A stretch of 64,000 nucleotides of DNA, from assembly GCA_951406725.2 (NCBI GenBank), contig OX597840.1:7812001-7876000 (forward strand), given 5' to 3'. The DNA comes from Octopus vulgaris. Lineage: Eukaryota. Position 1 is the first letter of the stretch. The number at the start of each line of letters is the position of its first letter. The position numbers and the translations under genes are program-made. The notes under the pieces are model-generated. The model did not search any database and was not told the origin of the DNA. It was given only the letters and a program-made list of their open reading frames with translations. This document shows positions 25,253-38,469 of the stretch, piece after piece.

Positions 25253-26687
25253 GAGATAATGGTGTCATTGAGACCCAAAGGAGTCAGGTAATGATGAATA
25301 AGTGCTACAGACAGACCATAGTTGAGTTCCAGATTCGGTAATATTGCGAATAAAGGGTTCAATGTTGGTTCTATGTCAGCTGGCTTTAGGCACACTTTCT
25401 GTGCCCTTATGGTATTTGCCCTTATGGAAAATGCAAATACCATAAGGGCACAGAAAGTGTGCCTAAAGCCAGCTGGAGACGATGATCTCCTGGGGCTACA
25501 AGCTACAGTAACACCCACCCTTAGTGGTTAGCCATATTGAGATGGTTAGTATACCTCATATTGTCGTGCAGTTACTGTTTACATCTCATTCAGTGATTTA
25601 TTATTGCTATATATATATATAGTGATTGCCAGTTGAGAAGTCAAAATAAGATAGCTCTTGTTTATATATGTGTGTGTTTGTACAAGATATAAATTAAAAA
25701 AATTCATTAAGGACTCAGGATATGAAGGAAGATTACTGTCAGTTTCAATCTGTTGTTACAGTTTGAAACAGATAATGCTCTGAGCCCTCAATATATTTCT
25801 TGAAATATTTGACTGAATGTGTGTGTTTTTGAATGCATTTAATTTTTTCATACAAACCAATTCTTTAAATTATTTTCTGCTGCAATGTATGTTGTCAAGT
25901 TCGTTAATTTCTTTGAAGTTGACATTTCATTTTCTTACTACTCTGAGTTTCCCTCTTTTCACTATTCATGGTTGCTCTGAGCAATAGAAATGTGCGACTA
26001 TACATATATTTATATATTTGTGTGCATGTATGCACAATATTGCTGCTTGTGATGGGGGTGATTTTTTTTTTTTGATAATTGCTATGGTTACTATGGTGAT
26101 ATTCAGAATGTAAATTTTGGTGTGTGAAGGAATGGTTCAGCATGCATCGTTACTCCTGATTCTCTTAAACTCTTCCGACTGGGATTTCCTGGTAAGTAAC
26201 ATCTCTTTGGAATTTCAGGTTAAACGGACGAATAAAAAGTGTTGCTTTGCAAATTTCTTGTCCCGAGTCTTGTCAGCCGAGTGCAATCAGCAGTTGTGCC
26301 CGTGGGGGAATAAGTTCCCAACCAGTGGAGTTTGTTGTGAAGTAGAGCTCACCTTATTAATGTGCTCTGTTGTTGAGTATAGGCATATGGATGAGTGGAG
26401 TCTGTTGTTGAGCAGAATCTAGTCTCTTTGCGAGTGGAGCTTGTCTTTTGTAAAACAGTTGATGAGTTAAGTAAAGGTGTGTGTGCATATGTCAGTATTG
26501 TTAACATAATCATTAATTTCATCATATTCAGTACATAAACTGTGATGAAACATAGATATCATATGTATGTATATATATATATATATATGTATGTATATGT
26601 ATATATGTATGTGTATATTATATGTATGTATATGTATATATGTATGTGTATATTATATGTATATATATATGTATATTATATGTGTAT

Positions 26688-26718
<31 letters not shown>

Positions 26719-26915
26719 TATGTGTATATTATATGTATAAATATATATATATATGTATAAATATATATATATGTGTATATTATATGTGTATATTATATGT
26801 ATATATATGTTTATATATATATATATATATATTATATGTGTATATTATATGTGTATATTATATGTATATATATGTTTATATATATATATATATATATGAA
26901 ACATAGATATTGTAT

Positions 26916-27271
26916 CAGTTGGTTCTCAATGACTTTTTTCCTATGGACCCCTCTGGTTACTGTTTTTTGTTGTTTTTTTTTTTGTGAACCCCAACAGCCA
27001 TTCGATGTTAAAAAACTAGTTTTATAGAGCTACTTCTTTCAAATTTCATATTTTATTTTGCACCCTCTGAGAGAAAATGTTTCAGGGATCAGAAACATAT
27101 ATTGAACTGTGTAAAATGTGAGGGAAAGATACCTAGCTGTTTCTTGCAATAGATATATCTAAAGCGGAATTGTTTCATGAACCCTCAAAATACTATTGCA
27201 GGTCCCCAGTTTACTAATGTACTTGCAGGGACCTCCAAAAATCTTACATGGACCCTGGTTGAGAACCACTA
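26916..27271. mobile_element. Older hAT-type MITE
   Basis: Imperfect TIRs cagttggttctcaa / ttgagaaccacta. Confidence 0.55.
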
Positions 27272-28954
27272 TGTTATATGAAAGCTTACGAGGAATTCAA
27301 CCCCTGACAAAACTGTGTCTATGCCATGGTCGCACAGAGTCAGTAGCCTCAAGACAGAGACCTGTGTTATGGATATATTTATACTGTTACTTCCTCTGTC
27401 TCCTCTTTTGAAAATTCTCAGAAAGGTGAGGTTGGTAAAAAAGCCAAACTATCTTCATTTCAGATTTGTGCCTTGCCTCACTGGGGTAACGACTGAAAGA
27501 GCACGATCGAAAATGTATGCAGCTAAAAAGGGGCCCCTCCAGAGGATCTATGGAGTAACTTTACTCAATGAAGCACATATTTTTTTTTTTATTTTATCTA
27601 GTTTCAGCTCATGAGCTGTGGCCATGCTGGGGCACCGCCATTTGGTGTTGCTACATCATTTTACTTCACGAATGCTTTTTAGCAATTGCCATTTGGGGCA
27701 TGAGAGAGTTCGATGCAGCTGCCCTCATCTGCACCTCCAGCCGTGAAGTTGGTTCATAGCTTGGATATTAGGGAATCTCTCCAGGTGGAGTTGCTCCCGC
27801 TTCTCCACATTGAGAGGCCACAGTTCTGTTGCTACAAACATTTAATTTGAATGTCGCAGGAAGAACTGCAAGACATATTCTTCAAGCTGAACCCACCAGC
27901 AAGAGACCTAGGGGTAGTCCAAAAAGGAAAAGGTTGGATGATATTCATAGTCCCAGTTAACAATACATTAACAAGTTTGAAACAGCAGATAATGTCCACA
28001 GAGATAAAACAGTATAATATGGGATGTTTACTTACTTCTGAGATGTCTGTGTAGACAGACAGACAGATACTTGTTGAGTAAGTAAGTTCATAGGCATAAA
28101 GTCCCAGTTTACATGAATTTAACAATAAACAAATATATATTTCTTTACTACCCACAAGGGGCTAAACACAGAGGGAACAAACAAGACAGACAAAGGGATT
28201 AAGTCAAATACATCGATGCCAGTGTGTAACTGGTACTTAATTTATCAACCCAGAAAGGATGAAAGGCAAAGTAGACCTTGGCGGAATTTGAACTCAGATT
28301 GTAACGGCAGACAAAATACCGCTAAGCATTTCGCCCGGTGTGCTAACGTTTCTGCCAGCTCGCCGCCTTATTTTCCTTTCTTGGTGAATAATATAATTAC
28401 TCAATCACTCTGTTAATTGTGGTAAGTGGAATCCTAAGGTTTTGTGCAATTTTCAGCTGGCTAAGTTCTCTGATTAACACAAAATATGCCCTCTTTGAAA
28501 TTCAGGCAACAATTTTGCTTGCTGGTGTTTGCAACATGGCTAGTCGTTATAAACATTTCATATTGTACTGTAATCTGAAATAAAAAATAACAATACATTA
28601 ACAAGTTTGAAACAGCAGATAATGTCTGCAGAGATAAAACAGTATAATATGGGAAGTTTATTTACTTCTGAGATGTCTGTGTAGATAGACAGACAGATAT
28701 TTGTTGAGTAAGTTCATAGTCATAAAGTCTCAGTTTACATGAATATAAACAATAAACAAATATAGCCACACAGTTCTCTCCTCCCACAATTTTTTTAGAG
28801 CTCTGTATTAACAATGCTGAGATGTTATGTCTGTGTGTGTGTGTGTATGTATATAATTGAATGAGTCCAACTAAAAGCATTTTGTTTGACTCATTGTTCA
28901 GCGAAAATTTCCGGATACCATCCTAATATTTTGAGCTCTCTTTTTTATTGTCAG

Positions 28955-28980
28955 TGGTCTTACCATTTTCCTCTGAACAG
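28955..28980 (+). CDS. Candidate 26-nt exon (VLPFSSEQ), phase 1 to 0
   Basis: ctctcttttttattgtcag|TGGTC...GAACAG|gtaata. Its phase-0 end matches the exon at 31582. Confidence 0.4.
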
Positions 28981-29012
28981 GTAATACCAGGATGTAAATG
29001 TATGTATGTGTC

Positions 29013-29044
<32 letters not shown>

Positions 29045-29989
29045 CATACACACAAACGTACATATATATATATATATATATACATACATACATATATATA
29101 CATACATATATACATATATATATATGTGTGTGTGTATTCATGTATACATACATACAAACACAGTTGTGTATATTTGGAGGCTTTGTGTGTGTTTGAAACT
29201 GGAAGATCGAGTACTCAATCCTGGGAATGTTGATAAACAATCATTTTCAACTAAAATTTGGTGTTCTTGTAATGTTTTATATATATATGTATATATATAC
29301 ATATATAAATATATATATATGCATTTGTGTGTATGTATATAATGCCTATTAGTTGTGTGTGTCTGTGTACATATGTATATTATTTGAAGCATGCAGCATC
29401 TCTCAATGCAGTTTAATAAATTTACTATCTCCTCAGCTTTTTAAGTTTACCATTACTGTCCAATTATCATTATCATTATTTTTATTATTATTATTATTAT
29501 TATTCATGACTGTCATCATTATTACACTTTGCCAATTGTTCAGTCACTCAACAAGTATTTTCCAATATATGTTTGTATGTAAAAGGTTAAATTTTCAGAC
29601 AGCTTTCCTTCTTACATTTAACTAGTAAGTATTTCTTGACCTCTAAACCAATTTCTTTTAACGAACCAGTGAAACTTAACAAAATCCTTTCCTCTCTTTG
29701 TCTCTCTCCCTCTCTCTTTCTCTTATTACAAACTTGAATCTAATTACCAATTGTTGTTCCTCATTTCATTGATATTCTCATTACTTTTTTTCAGGGTTTA
29801 TTTTTAAAATTATATTTTTCTTAAATATTTCATTTTTATTCCTTCCATCCAATTTGCTTGCTTTATTAACTTCATTTTATTATAAACTCATTTAATTAGT
29901 ATATATATATATATTGTTGACATCATAAAAATTGATAAACTTTCAAGAGAATGTGAAATAATTCTTTTCCGGAACAGTATATCACAAAG

Positions 29990-30318
29990 TTACAGAGATG
30001 TACTTGCATAGCAAGTGACCTGATCTGAGATCATGTGCTGGAACGAAAACAATTGCAGCATGGAAGGTGTTTATAAGCCATTTAAGGAACACACAAAAAC
30101 CGTTAGATTCACTTCAACATTTAAATTTAATTTGTCAAAATATTTTCATCGCTTTGAGACCGTGACCTGTTCACTGACAAAATTCTGTGCTGTCAGAGAA
30201 CAGGTTGCGGTCTCAAAGCGACGAAAATATTTTGACAAATTAAATTTAAATGTTGAAGTGAATCTAACGGTTTTTGTGTGTTCCTTAAATGGCTTATAAA
30301 CACCTTCCACGCTGCAAT
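29990..30318. mobile_element. Fold-back element copy 2 with 12-bp target-site duplication
   Basis: Arms of about 130 bp at 30050-30179 and 30191-30319. TATATCACAAAG flanks at 29978-29989 and 30319-30330. Confidence 0.85.
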
Positions 30319-30929
30319 TATATCACAAAGCACACACATAAATCTATAGACAATAGTGTATAAATATTGAGTTGAAAATCTTTTGTTGTTTATACTTTTT
30401 ATACGTGTATTTTGAAATATACTATTCCAAAAGAATCTATAATACTCTTGTGTCTTTCTCCGTCACAATATATGAATGAGAAAGGAAGGAGTGATAGATG
30501 AATAAGGAAGGAAGGGGGATGGTGAACATTCAACGCTGAAAAGAAAAATCAAACAGCGTTTCAACTCTGTGTGAGTATGTGTGTGCGTGTGCAAGGAAAG
30601 TATGTGAATGAATGTAAATATTGACAAGTGTATTAATTTGATTTACCATCCATATTGATATATAAAATACTACAATTAGCTGTCATTTTTGATGGCATGG
30701 GGCCAACTAGTGATGTATAACCCATCAGATCATATAAAATCATCCAACCCATGCCAGCATGGAAAATGGACATTAAATGATGATATATGTACTTTTTGAT
30801 AATAAAAAAATACACATTGCTATGTTAAATGGATATCTTAAATTTTCTTGAAAATGTGCTTGTCCTACCCCTTCTTGTAATTTGGTCACCTGGTGCCAAT
30901 AATCTGTTTTAAGTGAATTAGAGAAGCTG

Positions 30930-31255
30930 TGGCCTTCTAGAAGCAAAAATAAACCTTGATTGGGAACATTAACAAAAAATAGCCTTCTGCCCTAATATTA
31001 GGAAGATTAAGGCAGTAGTTATTCCTGTGGTAATTGGTGCACTTGGTACAATGCCCAAAATGTTACCTAGGAGACTGAAAAATGCCAGAATTGAGACTTG
31101 CATTGTTGACCGGCAGAAATATGCAGTCTTATATTCTGCATGAATCCTAGGAAAGATTCTTGAGATTTGAGGAGATTTGCTGTCACCAAACCTCAAGGCA
31201 ACATCCCTGCTAACTAATATGGCATGTAATAGCTTAATAATAATAGTAATAATGA
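30930..31255 (+). mobile_element. R4/Dong-like LINE 3' end
   Basis: VVIPVVIGALGTMPK..QKYAVLYSA*ILGKIL followed by a (TAA)n tail. A related remnant lies at about 58640-58820. Confidence 0.6.
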
Positions 31256-31448
31256 TGATGATGATCAAGTGAGGGTTAGTGATAGGAAAGGCATCCAGCT
31301 ATGGAAAATCAGTATTAGTAAACTTCATCTGACACATATGCAAGCATGGAAAAGTGGATGCTGAAGTGATGATGATGATATGTTTCTCTCTCCCTCTTTC
31401 TCTCTTTGTATGTGTATATCTATCTATCCATCTGTCTATTTATCTATC

Positions 31449-31479
<31 letters not shown>

Positions 31480-31581
31480 GTATATTTATATGTATATATA
31501 TATATATATATGTGTATATATATGTGTATATATATGTGTATATATGTGTATATATATATATAATTTGATATCTCTTCCCAG

Positions 31582-31897
31582 GATCAACGAATTAAGGAAT
31601 TAAACCAGACCTCTCCACAGACCTCCCCACAGAATCAGCCAGCTACGTATGCGTCGACGAACCCCTTCAGCAGCGGCCCGGCAGAGGCCCTCACCTCCGA
31701 CCTGCTCCTCGACACCAGCCTGACGACCACACAGCCCGCGAAACCCATCAGTGACCTGCTCGGTTTGTCAGCCTCCACCAACCCCTTCGTCGACAGTCTT
31801 CCCACAAATGCAGTGTCGCCAGGTCAAACCAACACAATGACTTCTATGGGCTGGACAGCGAAGCCAGCATCCCCCGCCATGGGTACCACAACCCAAG
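31582..31897 (+). CDS. PICALM: Internal exon of an AP180/PICALM-family clathrin assembly protein, start of the disordered tail
   Basis: tcttcccag|GAT...CAAG|gtatat, phase 0 to 1, GC-rich against the flanks. Reads [75 protein letters not shown]...[12 protein letters not shown] resembles EQRLKEL of vertebrate PICALM/SNAP91. Has two NPF and two DLL motifs typical of endocytic adaptors. Confidence 0.85.
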
Positions 31898-32077
31898 GTA
31901 TATTCAACACAAAAATGCCGTTTTATATATGTGTATATATGTATATGTAGAACATTTTTGTTTTATTATAGTTACATTTATTGATTTTTTTTCGTGTGTT
32001 TTATGCATAGCAGTAGTTGTTGTTGTTGTTGGTGGTGGTTAATCTTGACTGGGATCGATTGGTTTTGGTCTGTAGCC

Positions 32078-33130
32078 ATGCTGCGGTACTGTTTTGAAGG
32101 GGTTTTGTCGAACGGATTGACCCCTGTACATTTATTTTATTTTAAAGCCTGAAAGCCTGGTACTTATTCTATCAGTCTCTTTTGCTACACCAGTAAGTTA
32201 TGGGGACGTAACAGAAACAAACCAACAACCAGTTGTCAAACGTTGATGATGGGACAAATATAAACACACACACAAATATAAACACACACACAAATATAAA
32301 CACACACACAAATATAAACACACACACAAATATAAACACACACACAAATATAAACACACACACAAATATAAACACACACACACACACAGTGGGCATCTAT
32401 TAGTTTCCGTTTAGCAAATCCACTCAAAAGGCTTTGGTCAACTGGTAGCTTTAGAACAAGACATTTGCCTAGGTGCTATGCTGTAAGACTGAACTCAGGA
32501 CCATGTGCTTTGGAGGCAAACTTCTTACCCCACTACCACACCTGATCATGACACCGTAGTCAGAAGCTTGCTTCACAGCATGTGGTCTTGGGATCAGTCC
32601 CACTGCATGGTACCTTCAGCAAGTGTATTTCACTGTAGCCCTGGGCTGACCAAAGCTTTGTGAATAGATTTATTGATGGAAAGTGAGAGAAACCTGTTGT
32701 GTGTGTATTTGTTTGTCCCCTCCCCCACTACCTGACAACCAGTGTTGACTTGTTTATTATTTCTTTACTGCCCACAAGGGGCTAAACACAGAGGGGACAA
32801 ACAAACGGATTAAGTTGATTATATCGACCCCAGTGCATAACTGGTACTTATTTAATTGACCTTGAAAAGATGAAAGGCAAAGTCGACCTTGGCAGAATTT
32901 GAACTCAGAACATAGCAGCAGATGAAAAACCGCTAGGCATTTCGCCCGGTGTGCTAACGATTCTGCCAGCTCGCCACCTTTTGATTTTTTTATGCCCCTG
33001 TAACTTAGCAGGTCAGCAAAATGATTCTGATGGAATAAGTACAAGACTTAAAAATAGGCACTGATGTTGATTTGTTTGAGTAAAGCAAGGCCCCAGCATG
33101 GCCACAGTCCAAAGACTGAAACAAAGTCAA
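32078..33130. mobile_element. Two older head-to-head SINE A copies, with a nested SINE B at 32759-32978
   Basis: Minus copy at about 32078-32545, containing an 18-bp minisatellite. Plus copy at about 32550-33130. Confidence 0.65.
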
Positions 33131-33275
33131 AGACAGGTGTAATAGTTGATTGGCAAACTTTCAAAATAGCTATTACTCTCTCATTGAGAAAAGTCCCCGT
33201 AAAAATTTACCGGCAAATGGCTTGGAATAAGAGGACAAAACCATATGAAGCCTAAATGGTTTGGGTTTCTTTTTC

Positions 33276-33879
33276 ACTAGCAAATGCACCTGTCCTTTGG
33301 ACGGTTTAACATATAAATAAATAAATAATAAATTTTAAAAACGTGAAAATGACTAAAGAATATTCTGTTATGCAAATATACAACCATATTGATTTAAAAA
33401 GTATGGAGAAGCAGTCAAAGTAAATGAAAAGACAAAATCCTTTCACTTTTATAATATTCACTAACCGAAACCCTCAAGCAATACACACACCAACACATAT
33501 ATAAAAAATATAGAAAGTAATAATGCACAATTATAATATATAAATAAATGATAAACCCCCAAAATGTGAAAACCACTAAAAAATATTCTCTAATGCCAAT
33601 TACAACCATACAAAAAAATAGCTATTACTCTTTCATTGAGAAAAGTCCCTGTGAAAACATGCAAAAAAGCTAAGTGCATACAGTGAATTAGAGAAAAACA
33701 CATGTAAAACACCATTTTTCCCCAGTTTGTCCATTTACCCGGGAGCTCGGGGCAAAATGTTATAGTGTATGACCATCTTGGGGACATAAGTAATGTGTGT
33801 GTAAAGTTTGGTGAAAATCAGTTGAGAATTGTGGAAATGGATGCATTAGGCCCACATACTGTGATTTATATATACTAGA
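33276..33879 (-). mobile_element. Probable non-autonomous Helitron
   Basis: CTAG and a short hairpin at 33276-33305. Reverse-complement start TCTAGTATATATAAA. Confidence 0.45.
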
Positions 33880-35368
33880 CGATTTTTATTCAATTTAACT
33901 ATGATTATAGAATTAATGTTAGGTAAAATAAAATTAAAACCAAAAAAAAAAAGGAGTATTGAAGATATAAAAGTTCTTAGAGATAATATTTATTCCTATT
34001 TATATGGAACAAACTATATTGTAGTAGTTACCATTAGAGGAACTCACATTGGCTTTTTAAAAAGCATATTTATTTTTATTGCTAGCTGGGTGGTAAATTT
34101 CTGCTACCTCCAGTGCCAAGACCACCAGATCACGTGACCTTATATGGTTTTCTCAATGATGGACACCCAACTGTTCTATCGTTGGTAAGACCAAACATGG
34201 TCAAATACCTCTGTTGCTAATAGATATAAGAATTCTTGTTTTATAACGTCAATATAATCCATTTATTCCAGCACTACACTCCAGTAAAGAAATATATTTC
34301 AGGATTAAGTTAAATGCTTCTAAATTTGGCTTTTCATTGAAAACAAGGGCAACGAATATTGAAAGAAACTATCACCTAATTCTTTGTCCTTTTCTTTCTC
34401 CATGGGGCAGTAATAATTGTTCTGAAAGTCTTCTGATCATGTAGTTACATGCTTCACTAGTTTACTTAAATATTGGCTGTTGATAAGAGGAAAACACCTT
34501 TGTTTTTATATTTGCCAGCATATGATTTGAGGAAGATTTGGCTGTTATTTCTAGCACATCTGGAATGCTAGGCTGACTTGGTGACACTAAAGTTGTAGCA
34601 TATTTGAGATCACATTGTTCTGAGTTCAAATCAAAGCATTTCACTGCTGCACATTTTTGCATTGGGTCAGCTCATTGAAGGGGACATCAAGTGCACCCTA
34701 CGTAAAACAATGTCGGACCAGGAAGATCTGGGGATTATAAGAAACTGTTAACCTTCAGTGGTTGAGGTAGAAGTGGGGTGAGAACAGGGTTATTAAAATA
34801 AACAAAACAGGTCCATAAAGCTAGCAAATATCTAATGTCGTGATATACGGGAGAAGTGAAATCTCACTGATATTTCATTCCAGGCATCTGGGCAGGGGCT
34901 ATTCCTGACCCTCTTTACTCCTCTCTTTGAAGGGAATCTTTTCTTCACTGGACCCCTTGGCTGAAGCATTTACATTGCTCTTTTTGCTTTACTGCAAGTC
35001 ATACTAACTTGTTGTTAGCTCAGCCTCGCTTCACTGGTGGTCAGTCAAAGAATGCTGCTTCACAGTTGACTAGTTAAAGATAGGAAGAACAGAGGACCCA
35101 TCTGTTACACACACACACACACACTTCATTTATGTAGTAAGGCTACCATTGGTTTCATGTTATGGAAGACTGCAACAGTTTTCAAGCCTGTCACATTACA
35201 TGAACAATGTTGTTTCATGTGAGGGGCTTGATAATTGTTGAGGTCTTCCTTAACATGAAACTAATGGTAATTAACAAATGAATTCACAAATAAAGAATCT
35301 TTATCCACCAATGTGGTGTTGAGCACACATACACACACACACACATACACACACATACACACACACAC

Positions 35369-35670
35369 AGCGTGGGAATTGTTTATAAGCCATTTAAGAA
35401 ACACACAAAAACCGTTAGATTCACTTCAACATTTAAATTTAATTTGTCAAAATATTTTCGTCAGTTTGAGACCATGACCTGTTCACTGACAAAATTCTGT
35501 GCTGCACAAAAATATTTTGACAAATTAAATTTAAATGTTGAAGTGAATTGAACGGTTTTTGTGTGTTTCTTAAATGGCTTATAAACACCTTCCATGCTGC
35601 AATTGTTTTCGTTCCAGCACACGATCTCAGATTAGGTCACTTGCTATGCAAGTACATCTCCATCTCCGTA
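35369..35670. mobile_element. Fold-back element copy 3, opposite orientation
   Basis: Ends gctatgcaagtacatctc, the reverse complement of the family start. The right arm lacks the hammerhead core. Confidence 0.8.
35443..35493 (-). ncRNA. Hammerhead-like motif with G3-C8 swapped core
   Basis: Reverse complement: TTTGTCA-GTGAACA-G-GTCA...TGAC-GAAA-ATAT-TT-TGACAAA. Stem II still pairs after two substitutions. Confidence 0.55.
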
Positions 35671-35726
<56 letters not shown>

Positions 35727-36039
35727 GTACATACATCAGCACATATATGTGCATGTACACACACACACACAAACCAATACGCCCTTAAATTTACTAATAT
35801 GCTGGTTTGCCCATCCACTGTAGCGATGGCCTAATTTATCAGTGCTTTATATAACTAGATACTGTAATATGTTATTGGTTGGGGAAGGAAACCAGGAGCA
35901 TCTTCAGAGGAGCAGTCAACAGACCATAAAATGTGATAGGAGAGATTTCCTTCCATCAATATGCCGCAAGCAGCAGAGACGGGACATCAAACGATGATCA
36001 ACGCTTTTCACTTTTTCTCATTGCTGTATGTTTTAGTTG

Positions 36040-36735
36040 CTTGCTTGACAATGAACACATTTATGCTTAGTTCACGGCATTGATGTCACTTAAAGCATGT
36101 ATCAACTGCTTGCTGAGTTCACAAGAATAATAGGGCTCCAAGCATGTATTTATTACTATGGTATAGCCAAACGTGTCTCAATTGCTTGCACTTGCAGTAC
36201 TGTGTTGATTTGAACCTTGTATCACTTGCTTGTTTGAACACAGTGTTAGTTCACCTCACCAACGTCGTTCACTGCTTGTGACAGTTGCTTGACTAATGAG
36301 CATGTTAATTACAGCATGTATCAATTGCTTGTTTGACGAACACATTATTAAAATTCACTGCACTGATCCGAATTAAAAGCACATATCAGTTTCTTGTCTG
36401 ACAAAAATGTATTACTGAAATTCACTGTTGATATAAACCAAAGCATGTATCAGTCACTTGTTTGACAAACATTACTGAAATTTGCTGTGCTGATCTGAAT
36501 TCAAAGCACTTGTTTGACAATTGCTTGTTTGACAAACACGTAACCGAAGTACACAGCACTGATTTTATTCAAACCATGTGTCAATTGCTTGTTTGACAAA
36601 CACTGAAGTTTGTCACTTCACGGGTTTTTAATTCAAACCATGTCAATTGCTTGTTTGACAAACACTCTTACCGAAAATTCACCATTTTGAACTGATTCCA
36701 ATCCTGCATCAATTGCCTGTTTGACAAACATTTCT
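36040..36735. repeat. Degenerate ~60-bp tandem array (aagcatgtatcaattgcttgtttgacaaacac)
   Basis: The core ttgtttgac recurs about every 60 bp. Confidence 0.8.
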
Positions 36736-37189
36736 GGTGTTCACTTCTCAATTTAAATTGTTTTTTCTCTCTCTCTCAAATTAGGTTTACGTATCCGTCT
36801 GGTTTTATCTCAGCTTTTAGCATTCACCATTGGGGAGAAAAAAAACTCATCAGTCACATGGTCTCCACCTGATCAGAGTTGCTCAACCAATGACTAACCT
36901 AGTTATATATCTCATCTCATTTCAGTTGCTTCCATGTGATTTATCCATGAAAATACGAATAATTTGTGTAAATGAGTCGCTAAAATATTTCATTTTTATT
37001 CATGATAAGATTCAAATTTTTCAGATTACTAACCCTCATCTTTAAAGATTTGTTTCATTCTTTAAGTAGTTTCACTCATTGGACTCTGACCATGCTGGGG
37101 CATCACATTCTAGAGCAGCGCCATCTACTTCACTCCTAGTGCTTATTTTTTTTTACCCTACTTACTTCAGCCCTTAGCTGCCTGTGGAG

Positions 37190-37400
37190 TAGAGCCTATC
37201 GACAAATTTTCTTTACTGTTCTTGACTCTGGGTCGTCTTTTCTGCAGTTGAATCTCTGCTTTTTCAGCTCTGCCTCGGTATCTCATCTCCGGCAATTTTT
37301 AGGGCATCCACTCTTCTGCTTCCCTTGTGGGTTCCAAATCAGGGCCTGCAGGTGGTTAGATTCCTTAAAGTGTGGCCTAACCATTCCCACTTTCAGATTT
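37190..37400 (-). mobile_element. RTE-like LINE C-terminal fragment interrupted by a SINE
   Basis: QALIWNPQGKQKSGCPKNCRR resembles the RTE motif ALxWNPxGKRxRGRP. Confidence 0.6.
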
Positions 37401-37409
37401 TTCTGAACT

Positions 37410-37789
37410 CTTACTCTTTTACTTGTTTCAATCAGTTGACTGCGGCCATGCTGGAGCACCGCCTTTAGTCGAGCAACTCGACCCCGGGACTTATTCTTTG
37501 TAAGCCCAGTACTTATTCTATCGGTCTCTTTTGCCGAACCGCTAAGTGATGGGGACATAAACACACCAGCATCGGTTGTCAAGCAATGCTAGGGGGACAA
37601 ACACAGACACACACATATATATATACGACAGGCTTCTTTCAGTTTCCATCTACCAAATCCACTCATAAGTCTTTTGGTCGGCCCGAGGCTATAGTAGAAG
37701 ACACTTGCCCAAGGTGTCATGCAGTGGGACTGAACCCGGAACCATGTGGCTGGTAAGCAAGCTACTTACCACACAGCCACTCCTGCGCC
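37410..37789 (-). mobile_element. SINE family A
   Basis: Reverse complement of the 8387 copy. Confidence 0.85.
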
Positions 37790-38469
37790 TGTGTCAGGTT
37801 CTCTTAAGGGATGGCCTTCTTCACCCAGGTCTTGTTGGTTTTAGAATTGTTGACCCTACTCTAGCTTTTCTCATTTCTAGGGAGGGTTGTTGGCTCTACA
37901 CAAACCTATTTTTACCTCTGGGAAGAGATGGTCCATATTAGTGTGGCCCCAATCCTTTGATCTGTTCAGTATGCAAAGCTCTACCGGGGACTTGCACTCT
38001 GCTGGAATAACTCTCAGGGTCATTGAAGCGTACAAGCTACCACACTGCAACGAGGATGCTGGACCTTGTGTTGGACTCTTTAAATCCCAAGAGGATGGAA
38101 AGCAAAGTGGATAAGAGTAGGATTTGAGCTGAGACTGCAAAATAATTTAAAACATCCAATGACACTCAGCATATTATCTGGTGATCTACCAATCCTGGTA
38201 TTTGTTAGCCATATTGTTTTTTTAATATTCCCTTCTGTACCGTGTTCCAATCATTTTGGTCTGATCATCATCATCAATTGTCTTATTCCTGTGTACTTAG
38301 TTCTAAGCTGGATTTGATCTATGAACTTAGTCCATACGTAAGTGGCCCTCATGTAGCCCAAACTTAAATTGGCGCGAAACCTTTACATGATTTTCCACCA
38401 GATCACAGAACCCATACTTATATTCCACAGACAACCTCATCCCTTACCCCTTCTCATTTTAATGAGACT

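Noticed and set aside
27346-27425. Open frame ending at a good donor, AAAG|gtgagg
   Set aside because: No convincing acceptor or recognisable peptide.
36040-36735. Repeat-spacer appearance suggesting CRISPR (also the ggtggcacgtaaaaagcacc repeats)
   Set aside because: Eukaryotic intron, degenerate repeats, related spacers and no cas genes.
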